From assembly GCF_001194135.2 (NCBI RefSeq), contig NC_068981.1, forward strand, positions 29,671,936 through 29,735,935: a DNA stretch of 64,000 nt, read 5' to 3'. Each line of letters begins with the position of its first letter. The first letter of the stretch is position 1. Made by a program: the position numbers and the translations under genes. Positions 25,978-39,764 of this stretch are shown piece by piece. The notes beneath the pieces were generated by a model, which saw nothing but the letters and a program-made list of their open reading frames with translations, was not told where the DNA came from and did no database searches. The DNA comes from Octopus bimaculoides. Its lineage: Eukaryota.

Positions 25978-26025
<48 letters not shown>

Positions 26026-26522
26026 CATAAACATACATGTTCGTATATATCTATATATATACACACACATACAACATATATATTCATGCACACACTCGCA
26101 CACACACACAAACACACATATATATATATATAAACACAGACAACATACATATTCATATATGCACACACACACATAAACACACGCATATATACGTGTGTGT
26201 GTGTGTGTGTGTGTCTATATATAGAGAGAGAGACAGAAACACAGAGAGACAGAGAGACAGAAACACAGAGAGACAGAGAGAGCGGTTAGATGTAGAGAGA
26301 CAGATAAAGAAACAGAGAGAAGTGGAGAGAGACATGTTATACATATGATTGCCGCCCACAGTTCAGAGTAAATAAACTCCGAATAACGCCCGAATCAGTT
26401 CTAACAAGATACACCCGTTGACATACACTTCCGCTATTTCTCTTCTCTCTTTTTCTTTCACTACTTCTCTCTCTCCTACACGTTATCTCTCTCTGTCTCA
26501 CTCCGTCTCTCTCAGTCCCCCC

Positions 26523-26553
<31 letters not shown>

Positions 26554-26928
26554 CCCACCACCAACATTTTGTCGCTATCTTCCGCGAAATCCTTCCTTTC
26601 ACGTGTCTTAATATTCCCCTTCTCTTCGTTACACTGAAATCTTGATGAACATGATCCGTCAACAAGATCACTGCTCACTATCACTATCAAATGCATATAT
26701 GTGTCTGTGTGTGCCTGTTTTGTATGTGCTTGTGTTTGCGTATGTATGTACACATACACCTGCGTGCACGCACACACACACACACATACACACACACAGA
26801 TACATAGGGTGGATGCGTGCTTATATATTATACGTGCTTGAATTGAGCCTAGACGTTCTTACAATTGCTTCATTGTGCCAAAGCATGCACATATGTAAGC
26901 ATCCATGTTTGAGCGCATGCACATATGC

Positions 26929-26961
<33 letters not shown>

Positions 26962-28169
26962 NNNNNNNNNNNNNNNNNNNNNNNNNNNNNNNNNNNNNNN
27001 NNNNNNNNNNNNNNNNNNNNNNNNNNNNNNNNNNNNNNNNNNNNNNNNNNNNNNNNNNNNNNNNNNNNNNNNNNNNNNNNNNNNNNNNNNNNNNNNNNNN
27101 NNNNNNNNNNNNNNNNNNNNNNNNNNNNNNNNNNNNNNNNNNNNNNNNNNNNNNNNNNNNNNNNNNNNNNNNNNNNNNNNNNNNNNNNNNNNNNNNNNNN
27201 NNNNNNNNNNNNNNNNNNNNNNNNNNNNNNNNNNNNNNNNNNNNNNNNNNNNNNNNNNNNNNNNNNNNNNNNNNNNNNNNNNNNNNNNNNNNNNNNNNNN
27301 NNNNNNNNNNNNNNNNNNNNNNNNNNNNNNNNNNNNNNNNNNNNNNNNNNNNNNNNNNNNNNNNNNNNNNNNNNNNNNNNNNNNNNNNNNNNNNNNNNNN
27401 NNNNNNNNNNNNNNNNNNNNNNNNNNNNNNNNNNNNNNNNNNNNNNNNNNNNNTATGTATATATACATATATACGACGGGCTTCTTTCAGTTTCCGTCTA
27501 CCAAATCCACCCACAAGGCTTTGGTCAGCCCGAGACTTTAGTAGACGACACCTCCCCAAGGTTCCATGCAATAGGACGGAACCCGGAACCATGTGGTTGG
27601 TAAGCCCTTGCGTTTATATATATGTGTGTATATAAACGCGTGGCTCAGCGAATGGGGTATTAGGATCATGATCGCAAGTCTTTGTGTTTGATTCCTGAAC
27701 GAGGCAATGCGTGGTGTTCCTGACATATATGTATATACATATGCATATGTGGGCACATGACGTCACAGAACGTAAACAACACGAAATACGAAAACAAGGA
27801 ATACGAACTGTTTTTGCAAACATCGAAAGAAACAAATGGAAAACAAGACAAGCGACATAAAGAATGACCCTTCATCAGTTGTCGTCTATTTCTCTACTCC
27901 GTATTTCGAGCAATTCACGACAAGGTACACCTTTGACAAAACAGTTGCTCCCGCAAAGCAAATTAAATAAAATTTTGGATTTTGTGTAGGGTCAGAGAGT
28001 TGCTGACGAAAAGCGTAGTACAAGCAAACTAGACCTACTCGTTTGCGAACGACGTGTTATCCGAAGTACGTGTATAACCATTCTTTCTTTCTGCCTTTTT
28101 AATTTACTGTTAATTTTCGGCCACCTACTTGGTAGTAAAGTTGTAAACGTAAGGATCTTCTTATGTTCA

Positions 28170-28720
28170 TCATTGTTTCAATCCTAAGAACTTCTTACAT
28201 GTTTTTATTGTCTCCAATGTCGAGCTAACGCAGTTGAGGATACATTGGTCACGGATGCTTGACACTGCTGATATCTGTGCAGGAGGACAAAGGTTCAGGT
28301 CCTTAGGTCTATGGTATTCCCTGTCCTGCTCTGTAGTTATGAAACTTGGATATTCTCCGGGGTCATCAGGAGCAGCCTGAACTCTTTTGCTACCAGCAAC
28401 ATTTGCAGAATTTCGGGTTACCATTGAATGGATTTTGTATCCAACAAACAACTCTATTCAGAAATTGGGATGCTTCCTGTTACTTGTATGATTAGGGAGC
28501 GCCAGCTCTGAATGTTTGTCCATGTTACTCGATTTTCCGTATTAGACCGTGCTTATTGTATTCTCTTCACTGAGGATCCGGCTGGGTTACCGGCTCGTGA
28601 TGGTCGACCACATGCCATATGGTCCCTATAGATGTTGAAGTATCTTGCGGGTATAGGAACTGACTGGGACCCTGCTCGAGAAGACCCGGAAATATACCAA
28701 TAGACTCTGAATGCAGCAAC
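28170..28720 (-). mobile_element. Possible highly decayed LINE APE-endonuclease remnant
   Basis: Only weak motif echoes (KHPNF; QVS*LQSRTGNTIDL resembling PTRGNNTLDL), with many stops. Confidence 0.25.
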
Positions 28721-29339
28721 ACGCTACAACGGCGCATGACCACGCACCTGACCTAATTCTCTCCTCAATAACCCAGTTGTACCTATATTTTTCTCTAAGT
28801 GACTTAGTATGTGTCCTATTAATCCAAAGATAATAGGTCCGAAAGTGAGAGTGGTCTTGACAAACGTTTACAAATTTTTAACTGACGAAACAGCTGAGGA
28901 TTATGCATTCAAATACCCTAGTTTATATGCATCTGTTATTGCGTTAAGAAAAAAACGTGATATTTCAATCGAAGCCTAAAATTCGTAAATTTCAAAGACA
29001 CTACCTGGAGAGGTTTATTCTCTGTATAACTAGTGAACTACAATTTCTGATAGGAATTGAACTCATCTAAATGGATCCAGACAGTAAATATTTAATAACT
29101 CTATCGAAGATGTGTATATCTGAGCAAAATTTACGCAGAGAGATCAATAATCGTCTTCGATACCAAATATTTACAAAAAAATTTGATGGGTTTTTCAAAG
29201 TTTCTCCGCTGTGTGGTTTACTTCGGTTTAATAAACGATACAATATTTCAGTATTATAATTATATCATTTTATTACATAGCATATAAGGCTGCAACGTAC
29301 ACGTATGTTATTTTAATAGATATTTGTTTTGCATTTATT

Positions 29340-29540
29340 TTACTTATTAGACTGTAACAGTGCTGAGACACGCCTGAAGGGCTTTAGTCGAACAAATCTA
29401 CCACAGTATTTTTTTATTAACCTGGTACTTATTTTATCGGGGGCTTTTGCCGAACCGCTGATTTACGGGGATGTAAATAAACTAACACTGGTTGTCAAAC
29501 AGTGGTGTGGGACAAGCAAACACAGGCATACACACACATA
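29340..29540 (-). mobile_element. SINE family B 3' half
   Basis: ttttgccgaaccgct...gttgtcaaacagtggtg, homologous to 62368-62780. Confidence 0.75.
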
Positions 29541-30035
29541 TTGTGTATGTATGTGTGTTTGTGTGTGCGTGCGTGCGTTTGTGTTTGTGTGTGTGTGTAT
29601 GTGTGTGTGTAGGACAGGCTACACTTTGTTTTAGTATTTAGTTTGGAAGATATGAATTCGTGTTGAAAATGAATTTACTGCATCTCTGGAGGAGCGTTAT
29701 TTTAATGAAAGTAGTAAATTAGAACCGGTGCGTTACGCTTATTATTTGCATAATGACCCTCCCAAGATACGATATCTAAAATCGTCTTCATTTCATTCCG
29801 TTTAGAATTATATACACATTTTGTTACTTCGGTCTACTCAAGAGACAAAAGAGTAAGAGAGAGAGAGAGAGTGCAGCTATATAGTAAGTAGTTGTTTCCC
29901 ACTCACATAGTTCCGGGTTCAATTCCACTGCGTGGTGCCTTGGTCTCAGTCAAATAAAAGAAAAAAGTAGTAACATTATCAGCAGAGAAATGCATATACT
30001 AAAATTATTTACTATATTTTTTTAAATAAATTATA

Positions 30036-30279
30036 CAGTAATTCCTCGCCATATCGCGGTTCACCTATCGCGGTTCACCTATCACGGTTCACCTATCGCG
30101 GTTTATCATTTAAGCTTACGTCGATTCCTCTGTGGTGTTGTTTTGCATTTATAATATAATAAATATACACAAATTATAAAAGTGATATCAAAAATATACA
30201 GTATTGTTTCTACTGCGAAAATTTTCACCAATCGCGGGAGGTTTGGAACGTAACACCCGCGATAGACGAGGAATTACTG
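30036..30279. mobile_element. pogo/Tigger-like MITE (244 bp) with TA target duplication
   Basis: TIR CAGTAATTCCTCG(C/T)C(A)TATCGCGG at both ends and TA on each side (30034-35, 30280-81). Internal cctatcgcggttca tandem units. Confidence 0.9.
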
Positions 30280-30374
30280 TATATCTGAAATCGTAGAGCA
30301 CTTTTGATGGAATAAATCTACACGTAGAAACTATTTCTTTCGAAATATCGCTTTTATATCAGCTATTGCTTTGA

Positions 30375-30578
30375 ATTTTGGTACAAGGCCACCAAATTTG
30401 GGGTAGGGTGTAAGTCGATAACATTGACCCCAGTGCCTAATTATTACTTATTCTATCGACCCCGAAAGGGTGAAAGCAAAGTCGACCTCGACGGAATTTG
30501 AACTCAGAACGTAAAGAAGAAAAAAATGCCGCTAAGCATTTTGCCCGGTGTGTTAACTATTCCGCCAGCTCACTGCCT
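30375..30578 (-). mobile_element. SINE family A (left member of a head-to-head pair)
   Basis: Reverse complement of the consensus. Confidence 0.9.
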
Positions 30579-30613
30579 TATGCGTAAACAATATATAGAA
30601 AATAAAAAATAAA

Positions 30614-30828
30614 GCGGTGAGTTGGCAGAAACTTTAGCACACCAGGCGAAATGCGTAGCGGTACTTCATCTGTCTTCACGTTCTGAGATCAAATTCCGCC
30701 GAAGTCGACCTTGCCTTTCATCCTTTCGGGATCGATAAATTAAATACCAGTTGTGTATCAGGTCTATCTAATTGACTGGCCTGGCCGCCTCTCCCAAAAT
30801 TTCGGGCCTTGTGCTTAGTGTAGAAAAG
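30614..30828 (+). mobile_element. SINE family A with 17-bp TSD (right member of the pair)
   Basis: Full-length copy with atatatagaaaataaaa at 30591-30607 and 30830-30846. Confidence 0.9.
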
Positions 30829-31377
30829 CATATATAGAAAATAAAACTTTTTCAGCGGCGGCAGGTGAAAAAATGAACAGATATGTGTCTAGTTTTGTCT
30901 ACGTCTGTTCTACAGAAGCATAATTAAGTCCCGGGGAAAAATTCATGTAATTCAATTTACATGGATGATCTGTGTTTCTCTCTCTCTCTCTCAGTTTATC
31001 ACTCACTCACTCTCTTTCTCCGATTCCCTGTCTCCGTCAGACACATACTCGAAAGCATAGTTCAGTACATTTACATGAAAAAAGGGCAAAGGGAGATAGT
31101 GAGGATAAAAACTGAGCATTTAGTTGTAAGGGGATAAGGGAACGGTTATTGATACACACACGCATAATTACATACAGACAGACAGACAGAGACAGACAAA
31201 CACAGACATATACATACACACACATATATACATACATCACATACACACACGCACACACACGCACACACACACACATGCACAAACCCCCACACACGTAAGT
31301 ATGCACATATAATTGAAAACAATATACCCACGCAAGTACGTATAAAAATTGTATGTATAAGTTTATATGCATAGATC

Positions 31378-31419
<42 letters not shown>

Positions 31420-31420
31420 C

Positions 31421-31467
<47 letters not shown>

Positions 31468-31529
31468 TACATACAGACAGACTGACAGACAGATAGATAG
31501 ATAGCTAGCTAGATAGATAGCTAGCTAGC

Positions 31530-31581
<52 letters not shown>

Positions 31582-31933
31582 CAAATGACTTTCAGCCGCT
31601 TTGTCTATATTTCTCTCGTTTGCATTATTATACCATTTTCTTACATCATATATAATGTGAACGTTTTTAATATACTTCCATCCTCATGCTTTTTCCTTAA
31701 CACAGACAGACACACGCACACACACACACACACACACACATGCGCGCTTTTATGCATACATACACTTACTACCGGCTTCAATCCTCCTCACTTCTAGATA
31801 CACATGCGCATGCGCACGTACATGCACTCATCCGGATATTCATCTATATATACATGTACATGTAGGTATGAACATATTATGTATGTATACATGCATATGC
31901 TCATATATCATGTATATTTCTATATGGAGAGAG

Positions 31934-32225
31934 AGAAATATAAGTAGCACGAATACTGGAGATTCAGTAAACATATATATATTTATATATTTATATATTT
32001 ATATAATTCATATAAGGGCATTACTATATAATAATGCCTCACGCTTAGAGGGACTAAATAAGTCAAAAACTACCAAAAATAAACAAAAATAAGGTAGTTT
32101 TTGACTTATTTAGTCCCTCTCAGCGTGAGGCATTATTATATAGTAATGCTCTTATATGAATTATATAAATATATAAATATATATATGTTTACTGAATCTC
32201 CAGTATTCGTGCTACTTATATTTCT
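31934..32225. repeat. Fold-back inverted repeat, arms 141 and 133 bp, 18-nt spacer
   Basis: 31934-32074 against the reverse complement of 32093-32225: two substitutions and one 8-bp AT-unit indel. Confidence 0.95.
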
Positions 32226-32725
32226 ATATAGTAATTAATGCCCTTATATAAATTATATATATTTACGGGAAAAAACGATGGGTTTTTTTCCTTATGGGTT
32301 TTTTCACGCTGACTACTTGATAAATTCTTATAAAGATTTTATCCTATATTATATTATATATTTATATATATATATAAACACCTCTTGCGCGAATCCCACT
32401 CCCTCATAGTTTCTCCCCCTTTCTATCTCTTTCTCACTCTCTCTCTCTCCCTCGTTCTCCCTTCCTTTATCTTTTTTAGTTATATCCTTCCCATCGCGTC
32501 TCCCGTCTTCTCTGTATATTCCGCTACTTCTACCCGGTCTTCTTTTCCATCCGATTGCAGACACATTCTCGAAAGCTAACGTGTCATACTCACGTTCCTC
32601 TCTAAACTATGTCTCATGCTACTCTCTCTATGTACAATATTAACACTCCTTCCATAGTCTTTTTCGCCGCTCGTCTATATTATATAATCTTTTAAACTAT
32701 TCTACACATCTCTCTCTCTCTCTCA

Positions 32726-32829
<104 letters not shown>

Positions 32830-33078
32830 GGCTGTTTGTCTCTATCCTTTCTCTCTTTCTCATCTCTTTCTTCTTTCCCGTTACTCTCCATTTCTTCTTG
32901 TCATTTTTGGTTTCATATCTTTTTTATAATCATTCTCATTGTCCCTGTTCTTTCCCTTGTTTTATGATCCTGCTTTATATACACACAATACACACACATA
33001 CACACACGCACACACACACATTACACACACGCACATCCTCTATTTGTTCGTGTATATATGCATCCAAATATATATGTG

Positions 33079-33117
<39 letters not shown>

Positions 33118-33255
33118 TGTATGTATGAATGTATGTATGTATACACGCACACACACATACACCGCTCTAAGTATATATATTATACACTTACGCACACTTG
33201 TATGTGTACGTGAGTGTATACACACAGATAGATTGATAAATCGACAGATAGATAA

Positions 33256-33324
<69 letters not shown>

Positions 33325-35432
33325 AAGCTAGATAGGTAGATAGGTAGATAGATAGATAGATAGATAGATGGAAACGTATACATACACACAGATGCAAACA
33401 TATATACATTCGTACATACATTTATACATAGATACACGCATGCATACATGCATACAAACATACATACATTTATACACTTTTAACAACATATCTTCTTATT
33501 TCTCCGTCGTCTATAAAACTCGGCTATTCTCTCTCTTCTCTTCGTTATTCTTCTTTTGACTGTCTCTCCCCCCACTCTCACACTAACCCCTTCTCATGTC
33601 TCTTCTCTCATTCTCTCACCATCTCTCTCTTTCTCTCCATCTCTTTCTATATTTCCTTTCTTTCGTATATCCTGTCACTTCCTCTCTAATTTCCACAAGA
33701 AATGCTATCCACATTTCACTCAGTATGAGTGATAACTGCTCCAGGAAGTCGAAGATTTTGGCAGATAAGCAAGCAGATGTTCTAAACACAACACGAGTCG
33801 TTCTTTAAGTGGAACTACAGAGCAAACAGGAAGTCTTCGGAATCCATATAAGGCACGTGAAAGCGGTGATCCGGCGGTTGAGACGGAAGGGACTCAGATG
33901 CTCAGTAAACAAGGCTTGAAGGACTTAAATAAACCAAAACAAAACAAAAAAAATAGAGGAAAGGGCTCTCTCTCTCTCTCCCTCTACGTCTTTCTCTCTA
34001 TTTTCTCTTTCTCTCTCAGACACACACACATACACATACATACTTACACATTTGTATACTCGCACCTATACGTTTACAGACGTTTTGACTTGAAGAACGT
34101 GAAAGAAAGATGGGAGTGAAACATTTGAACAGTTAACTGGAGGAGTATTGGGGAATGGGTTGAGAGTATGTAGGAGTAAGTGGGAGGAAAACTTCAAAAG
34201 ATTCTCTCATACACGCACACACACACACACACACATATATACACACAAACACATACACACTCACTCACAAGCATACAGAAAGACTCACTAATATTCTCAT
34301 ATTCACGCACATACGCAGTTTTAAAGTTGCATACATTACAAACTATATATANNNNNNNNNNNNNNNNNNNNNNNNNNNNNNNNNNNNNNNNNNNNNNNNN
34401 NNNNNNNNNNNNNNNNNNNNNNNNNNNNNNNNNNNNNNNNNNNNNNNNNNNNNNNNNNNNNNNNNNNNNNNNNNNNNNNNNNTATATATTCGTATATGTG
34501 TACACCACACAACAAGATGAAATACACACATATACATACATTATGCATGTTATACAAACACCACACTGCACACATATACGTTCATGTATGGGCCACACAC
34601 ACATATGTCATTAAGGCAAGCATACACGCATACCCATCATACACCCTACAAACATATATACACGCAAACACAAATTCACAAACTCAAACACAGCACATCG
34701 CTCCACACAATCCGGTACAAGCGCACACACATACACTGTACATATGCGAATTATAGACACACATACACACTGTCGATATTACCACACAAACAAATACAAT
34801 TGCATTCAGACATGCACGCACAAACACACATACACATACACACACTGTCGCTATTACGACACAAGCAAATACAATTGCATACACACACACGTACACACAC
34901 ACGCGCGCGCGCATTACATACACGAAATACACAGACACACAGACACACAAGCATGCATACACATTACATGTATCCAATACACATACACACAACCACCACC
35001 ATTACCATTACTCCACAATAGCGCACACACAAACACATATACGCATTGCGGCAGTCTTTCGGTATTGGTACGTGACATCATTCACTCACACAACATTCTT
35101 TCATGACATAGATAAAAAAAAATTTTGATTTTATACTGTTGTTAAACTCTATTCGTAAGTATTGCAGTAAAATACGTTCTCGATAAATTAGGCTTCAAAA
35201 TTCTGGCCTGCTATCTCTCGTCAGACTATTTGACGAAGGTTTGCAGGCAGAAACGTTGGAGACACAATCAGCTCGCATCTTGAAAAAGTTTAATAAACTT
35301 ATACTGTATAAAGAAGTATTGATCAATTCTTCTATTCGTTGTTAATTTTTTTTGTAGATAACATGAAAATAACATTTAGAGACATAGGGCAAATAGATAG
35401 ATAGATAGAGAGAAAGAGAGAGAGAGAGGAGG

Positions 35433-35481
<49 letters not shown>

Positions 35482-36113
35482 CAGATATGCTCACGCACAC
35501 AAACGCACATACGCATGTATATGTATGTGTGTGAAGACTTTTAGTAGACATATTTGTATTTGTAAATGAATATGATTGTTAGCGTGCGCCCTGTGCTCGT
35601 GGGTACGGGTGCACGTGCGTTTGTGTGCGTGCATTGACGCATATGGTTTTTATGTAGGTGCGCATATTTCCGAAACTATCTTATTCAAATATCATGAAGA
35701 CTATAGAATTTCTGGCAGGCTAAAAAATGAAGGAAGTCGCAATACAAACAATCATAAAAGAAAATCATAGGAAATAAATGAAGATCGTTCTTTGGTGATT
35801 TAACAGTACGGTCTTCTCTCTCTCTTCCTCTTTCTCTGTCTTTCGCACATGCACACACGGGTTTCCACACATACACACGCCCACTCTTCTATACGCTACC
35901 CCCACACACATTCACACTCATTCTTTCCTACATTTTGCGTTTTGGGAATTTTTTCTCTTGTGTTTCACATTGATATGTGTGCGTGTGAGTAGGTGCATGC
36001 ATGTGTGTGTGTGTACGGGCGTGTATATGTATGTGTGTGTGCGTGTGGGTGATTGCATGTGAGTGCATTCGTATGTATGTATTTTTACAAAATATAAAAT
36101 ACATGTATTTAAA

Positions 36114-36229
36114 CAGTAATCCCTCGACTATCGCGGGGGTTACGTTCCAAAAAACCCTGTGATGAGTGAAAATTCGCAAAGTAGAAACAGTGATGTACTG
36201 TAGATTTTCTTTTTTTTTTTTGTTATTTT
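36114..36229. mobile_element. Second copy (one end) of the pogo/Tigger-like MITE, running into a gap
   Basis: cagtaatccctcgactatcgcgggggttacgttcc matches the reverse complement of the right end of 30036-30279. Confidence 0.8.
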
Positions 36230-36351
36230 NNNNNNNNNNNNNNNNNNNNNNNNNNNNNNNNNNNNNNNNNNNNNNNNNNNNNNNNNNNNNNNNNNNNNNN
36301 NNNNNNNNNNNNNNNNNNNNNNNNNNNNNGTGTGTGTGTGTGTGTGTTTGT

Positions 36352-36662
36352 GAAGGCCCATCGTTCAGTGATTAGAGGATTCAACTCACGATCGTAAGGT
36401 CGTAAGTTCGAATCTTGGTGACACTTGATGTCCTTGAGCAAGCCACAATATTTCACATTGCTCCAGTCCACTCAGCTCCCAAATATGGGTAGTACCTGTT
36501 TTTCAAAGACCTGTCACATTCTGTGTCATGCTGAAAAACTCCCTGAGAACTACGTTGAGAGTACACGCATCTGTGGCGAGCGCAGCTACTTGCACGTTGA
36601 TTTCACGAGCAAGCTGTTCCGTTGATCGTATCAGCTGGGGCCCACGACATCGTAACCGACGG

Positions 36663-36665
<3 letters not shown>
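36352..36665 (+). mobile_element. SINE family C (tRNA-like head)
   Basis: cgttcagtgattagag (A-box-like)...gtaagttcgaatc (B-box-like), ending in a (TA)n tail. Confidence 0.8.
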
Positions 36666-36701
<36 letters not shown>

Positions 36702-37223
36702 GCTTATGTCTGTTCCTTTATATATACATGATATATATAAGACATATATTTATATGTATGTATTAATATGTATGTGTCTGTGAGTAGGATGGTATGACTA
36801 TGTACATATATATTTTNNNNNNNNNNNNNNNNNNNNNNNNNNNNNNNNNNNNNNNNNNNNNNNNNNNNNNNNNNNNNNNNNNNNNNNNNNNNNNNNNNNN
36901 NNNNNNNNNNNNNNNNNNNNNNNNNNNNNNNNNNNNNNNNNNNNNNNNNNNNNNNNNNNNNNNNNNNNNNNNNNNNNNNNNNNNNNNNNNNNNNNNNNNN
37001 NNNNNNNNNNNNNNNNNNNNNNNNNNNNNNNNNNNNNNNNNNNNNNNNNNNNNNNNNNNNNNNNNNNNNNNNNNNNNNNNNNNNNNNNNNNNNNNNNNNN
37101 NNNNNNNNNNNNNNNNNNNNNNNNNNNNNNNNNNNNNNNNNNNNNNNNNNNNNNNNNNNNNNNNNNNNNNNNNNNNNNNNNNNNNNNNNNNNNNNNNNNN
37201 NNNNNNNNNNNNNNNNNNNNNNN

Positions 37224-37266
<43 letters not shown>

Positions 37267-37489
37267 GCGACGTTTGGAGCGTAGTTCTTCGTCGGAAAGG
37301 AGAAAGGGTGAAGTCGAAGGAAGGAAAAGAAATCGCCAAAAGCACGTGTGTAGTTTCATTGAAGTGACCAGAAGTAGAAAGAAGTAGAGAAACTGTTTTG
37401 TGGGGGATAGGAGAGTGGAAAGATAGTTCTTATATGTGTGTATGTGTATGTGTATGTGTAGGTGTGCGCGTGTATATGTGTGTGTGTGA

Positions 37490-37563
37490 TTCAAAAGGTG
37501 CGCCGAGCGCATATTAAACAACTTGAAGGTGTAACATAATATGTATCGGGCGCACCTTTTGAA
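37490..37563. other. 74-nt imperfect hairpin
   Basis: ttcaaaaggtgcgcc pairs perfectly with ggcgcaccttttgaa, and the inner catatta/taatatg also pair. Confidence 0.85.
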
Positions 37564-39327
37564 ACACGTTTAGTACATAACTACCAGTCCCATTCCTTTT
37601 GTTCGTATATATATATATATATATATATAATCGTTTCCATTCCCTAAATATACAATTCCTACGATCAGACATTAACCTCGAGCATTGCTAATACCTACTT
37701 TACTAGTTTTAGTAAAATATCGTAATTTTATCCTTTAACCCTTTTAACCAGCGATTAATTTTCTGTCAGCGTTTATAAATATCGAGAAGGCGACTTCAGT
37801 TAAAATATCTTCCATCCTTATTTATAAAAATGTGCTATATTACATAACAATTTCGTTAGGTATTGTTTCAGTGCGTGGATTATGTTTGAGGACAATATAT
37901 AATATCAAACTCTTCAAATGCACCTGTTTTAAGCATTAACATGTCCATGTTCACTGCATCTTTCTTATAAACATTGCGCAGTTTTGTTGTCGATTCATTT
38001 ACTTGGTTTGCTTCCCTTAATTTTTCTTTTCCTTTTAGACGACGTTGTTTTTAATTTGATATTTGTTTCTCTTGCTGCTGCTACTGTTGTTGATGCTGCT
38101 GTTGTTGTTTTATCAATGTTGATGCTGCTGTTGCTCTTTTTGTTGTTGTTGTTGTTGTTGTTGTTTCCTTAAAGTTGAAACAAAAATGCATTAACATTTA
38201 ATGAAATTCTGCATAAAATATATTGTGTTCATATTTTTATTTCTCCACATCTCTTTTTGAAACAATCTATATATTCTTTTGTATTTGTGAAACATTTTTC
38301 TTTCTTCAGGCATTTTGTATCTATTTCAGTATCGTTTCACCTTTATATATTTCTGTCATTCTTTCTCTCCCTTTCTGTCACTCTCCTTTCTATGTCTTTC
38401 TATGTCACTCGTTCACTTTATGTGTATTCTTATCTCTATCTCTTTATATATTTACCCTGTATCTTTCGCCCTTTCTCTCTAGCATTCTCCGATTTTTATT
38501 GCACCTGTAGCATTTTTATTTTAATCGCTTTATATTGTTGACTTCATATGACAATCCACAGCTACAACTTTTCATAGATGAACGGTGTAGAGAACTTATG
38601 TTCAAAGCAGAATCTGCACATAACTAACTCATTCCAAAGTAGGGGAATACGCACACAAAACAAAAGACGTCGAGATTGGAACTTATTACGTGAGTAGCCT
38701 CTAGTCTATAGTTTTCAAACAAACAAATAACAAGCTAGTCCTGCCAAGAAAATATTACTGAAAATATTTACTTCTTTTTATTTGTAAGAAGGCAGAATAA
38801 AATTTCAGTCCATATCATTCTTTTTCCTTCCCCACGATGTTAGAGAAGCTTAAAATTATTAAACTTTCTTAATTTAATTAAACACAACAAATATTTACCG
38901 TATTTTTTATTTATAAAAAGGCAATGAAATTTCTAACAATATCATTCTTTTTCCTTTCCCATGATGTCGAAAGAGTTTAAGAGTATCATTACGAGATAAT
39001 TTCGTTAATCTTGACGGCACCATTAAAACACGCAACTTTATAGACATCACAAGTCCAAAAAGCCAGCTGAACTTACGCAATGATGACGTGATATAGTTTA
39101 TATGATGACGTGATATGGTTTAACCCACCGTGGAGAGTCAATGCTTTTACAAAACTTTCTAAAAAGTTATTTGCTTTATTGGGGAAAACTTTATCACGTC
39201 TAGCAAATATCAACAGATCTTCAATAAACGAAGGATAATAATTTCCAGAATTCTATTATTTTCTCCTTATCTGGTATGAATTAGTCATAAGAATTGTGAC
39301 TCATCAAAATTGTGCTTTATTTCGTTA

Positions 39328-39379
<52 letters not shown>

Positions 39380-39764
39380 CAACCACCTTTTCCAAACAAA
39401 AAAAAACTGCAACGTACGCGCTATTGTTGCTGTAAAAGATTGTGATAATTAAGATGGTGATGGTGGGGCGGATGTGGCAGTTAGAAGGACGATGATAATG
39501 ATGAGGATGTTTAAAACTTGCATATCTGACAAAGAGCCGAAACCTGAATTGTCGATAATTTTATCTTTTATCTTTTACTTGTTTCAGTAATGAATTTTAA
39601 TCAAATGAATCGACACCAGCACTTCTTTTTTTTTTAATTTGTAACTTACTTTATCGGTATCTTACGGGGGTGTAAACATATCAACACCGGTTGTCAAGCT
39701 GTTGTAGGGGACAAACACAAGCACGATTTCTGTATTCGCACAACATTTATCATTTTAGTTACAG

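Noticed and set aside
25797-26010. Direct duplication catgtataaaagtgtaagtgtaattttgtg(ta)n on both sides of a gap
   Set aside because: Typical unmerged contig overlap at a (TA)n gap, so probably an assembly artefact
26570-26668. Minus-strand peptide RFQCNEEKGNIKTRERKDFAED, cadherin-like
   Set aside because: Splice sites are weak, two frames are open and there is no flanking cadherin motif. Treated as chance
35228-35265. ttgacgaagg...gaaacgtt hammerhead-like words (also ctgatgaagg at ~60523 and on the minus strand at ~27870)
   Set aside because: Stem II or the GAAA box cannot be formed convincingly
36352-36430. tRNA gene calls for SINE heads
   Set aside because: The A/B-box-like heads continue into SINE bodies and do not form a complete cloverleaf
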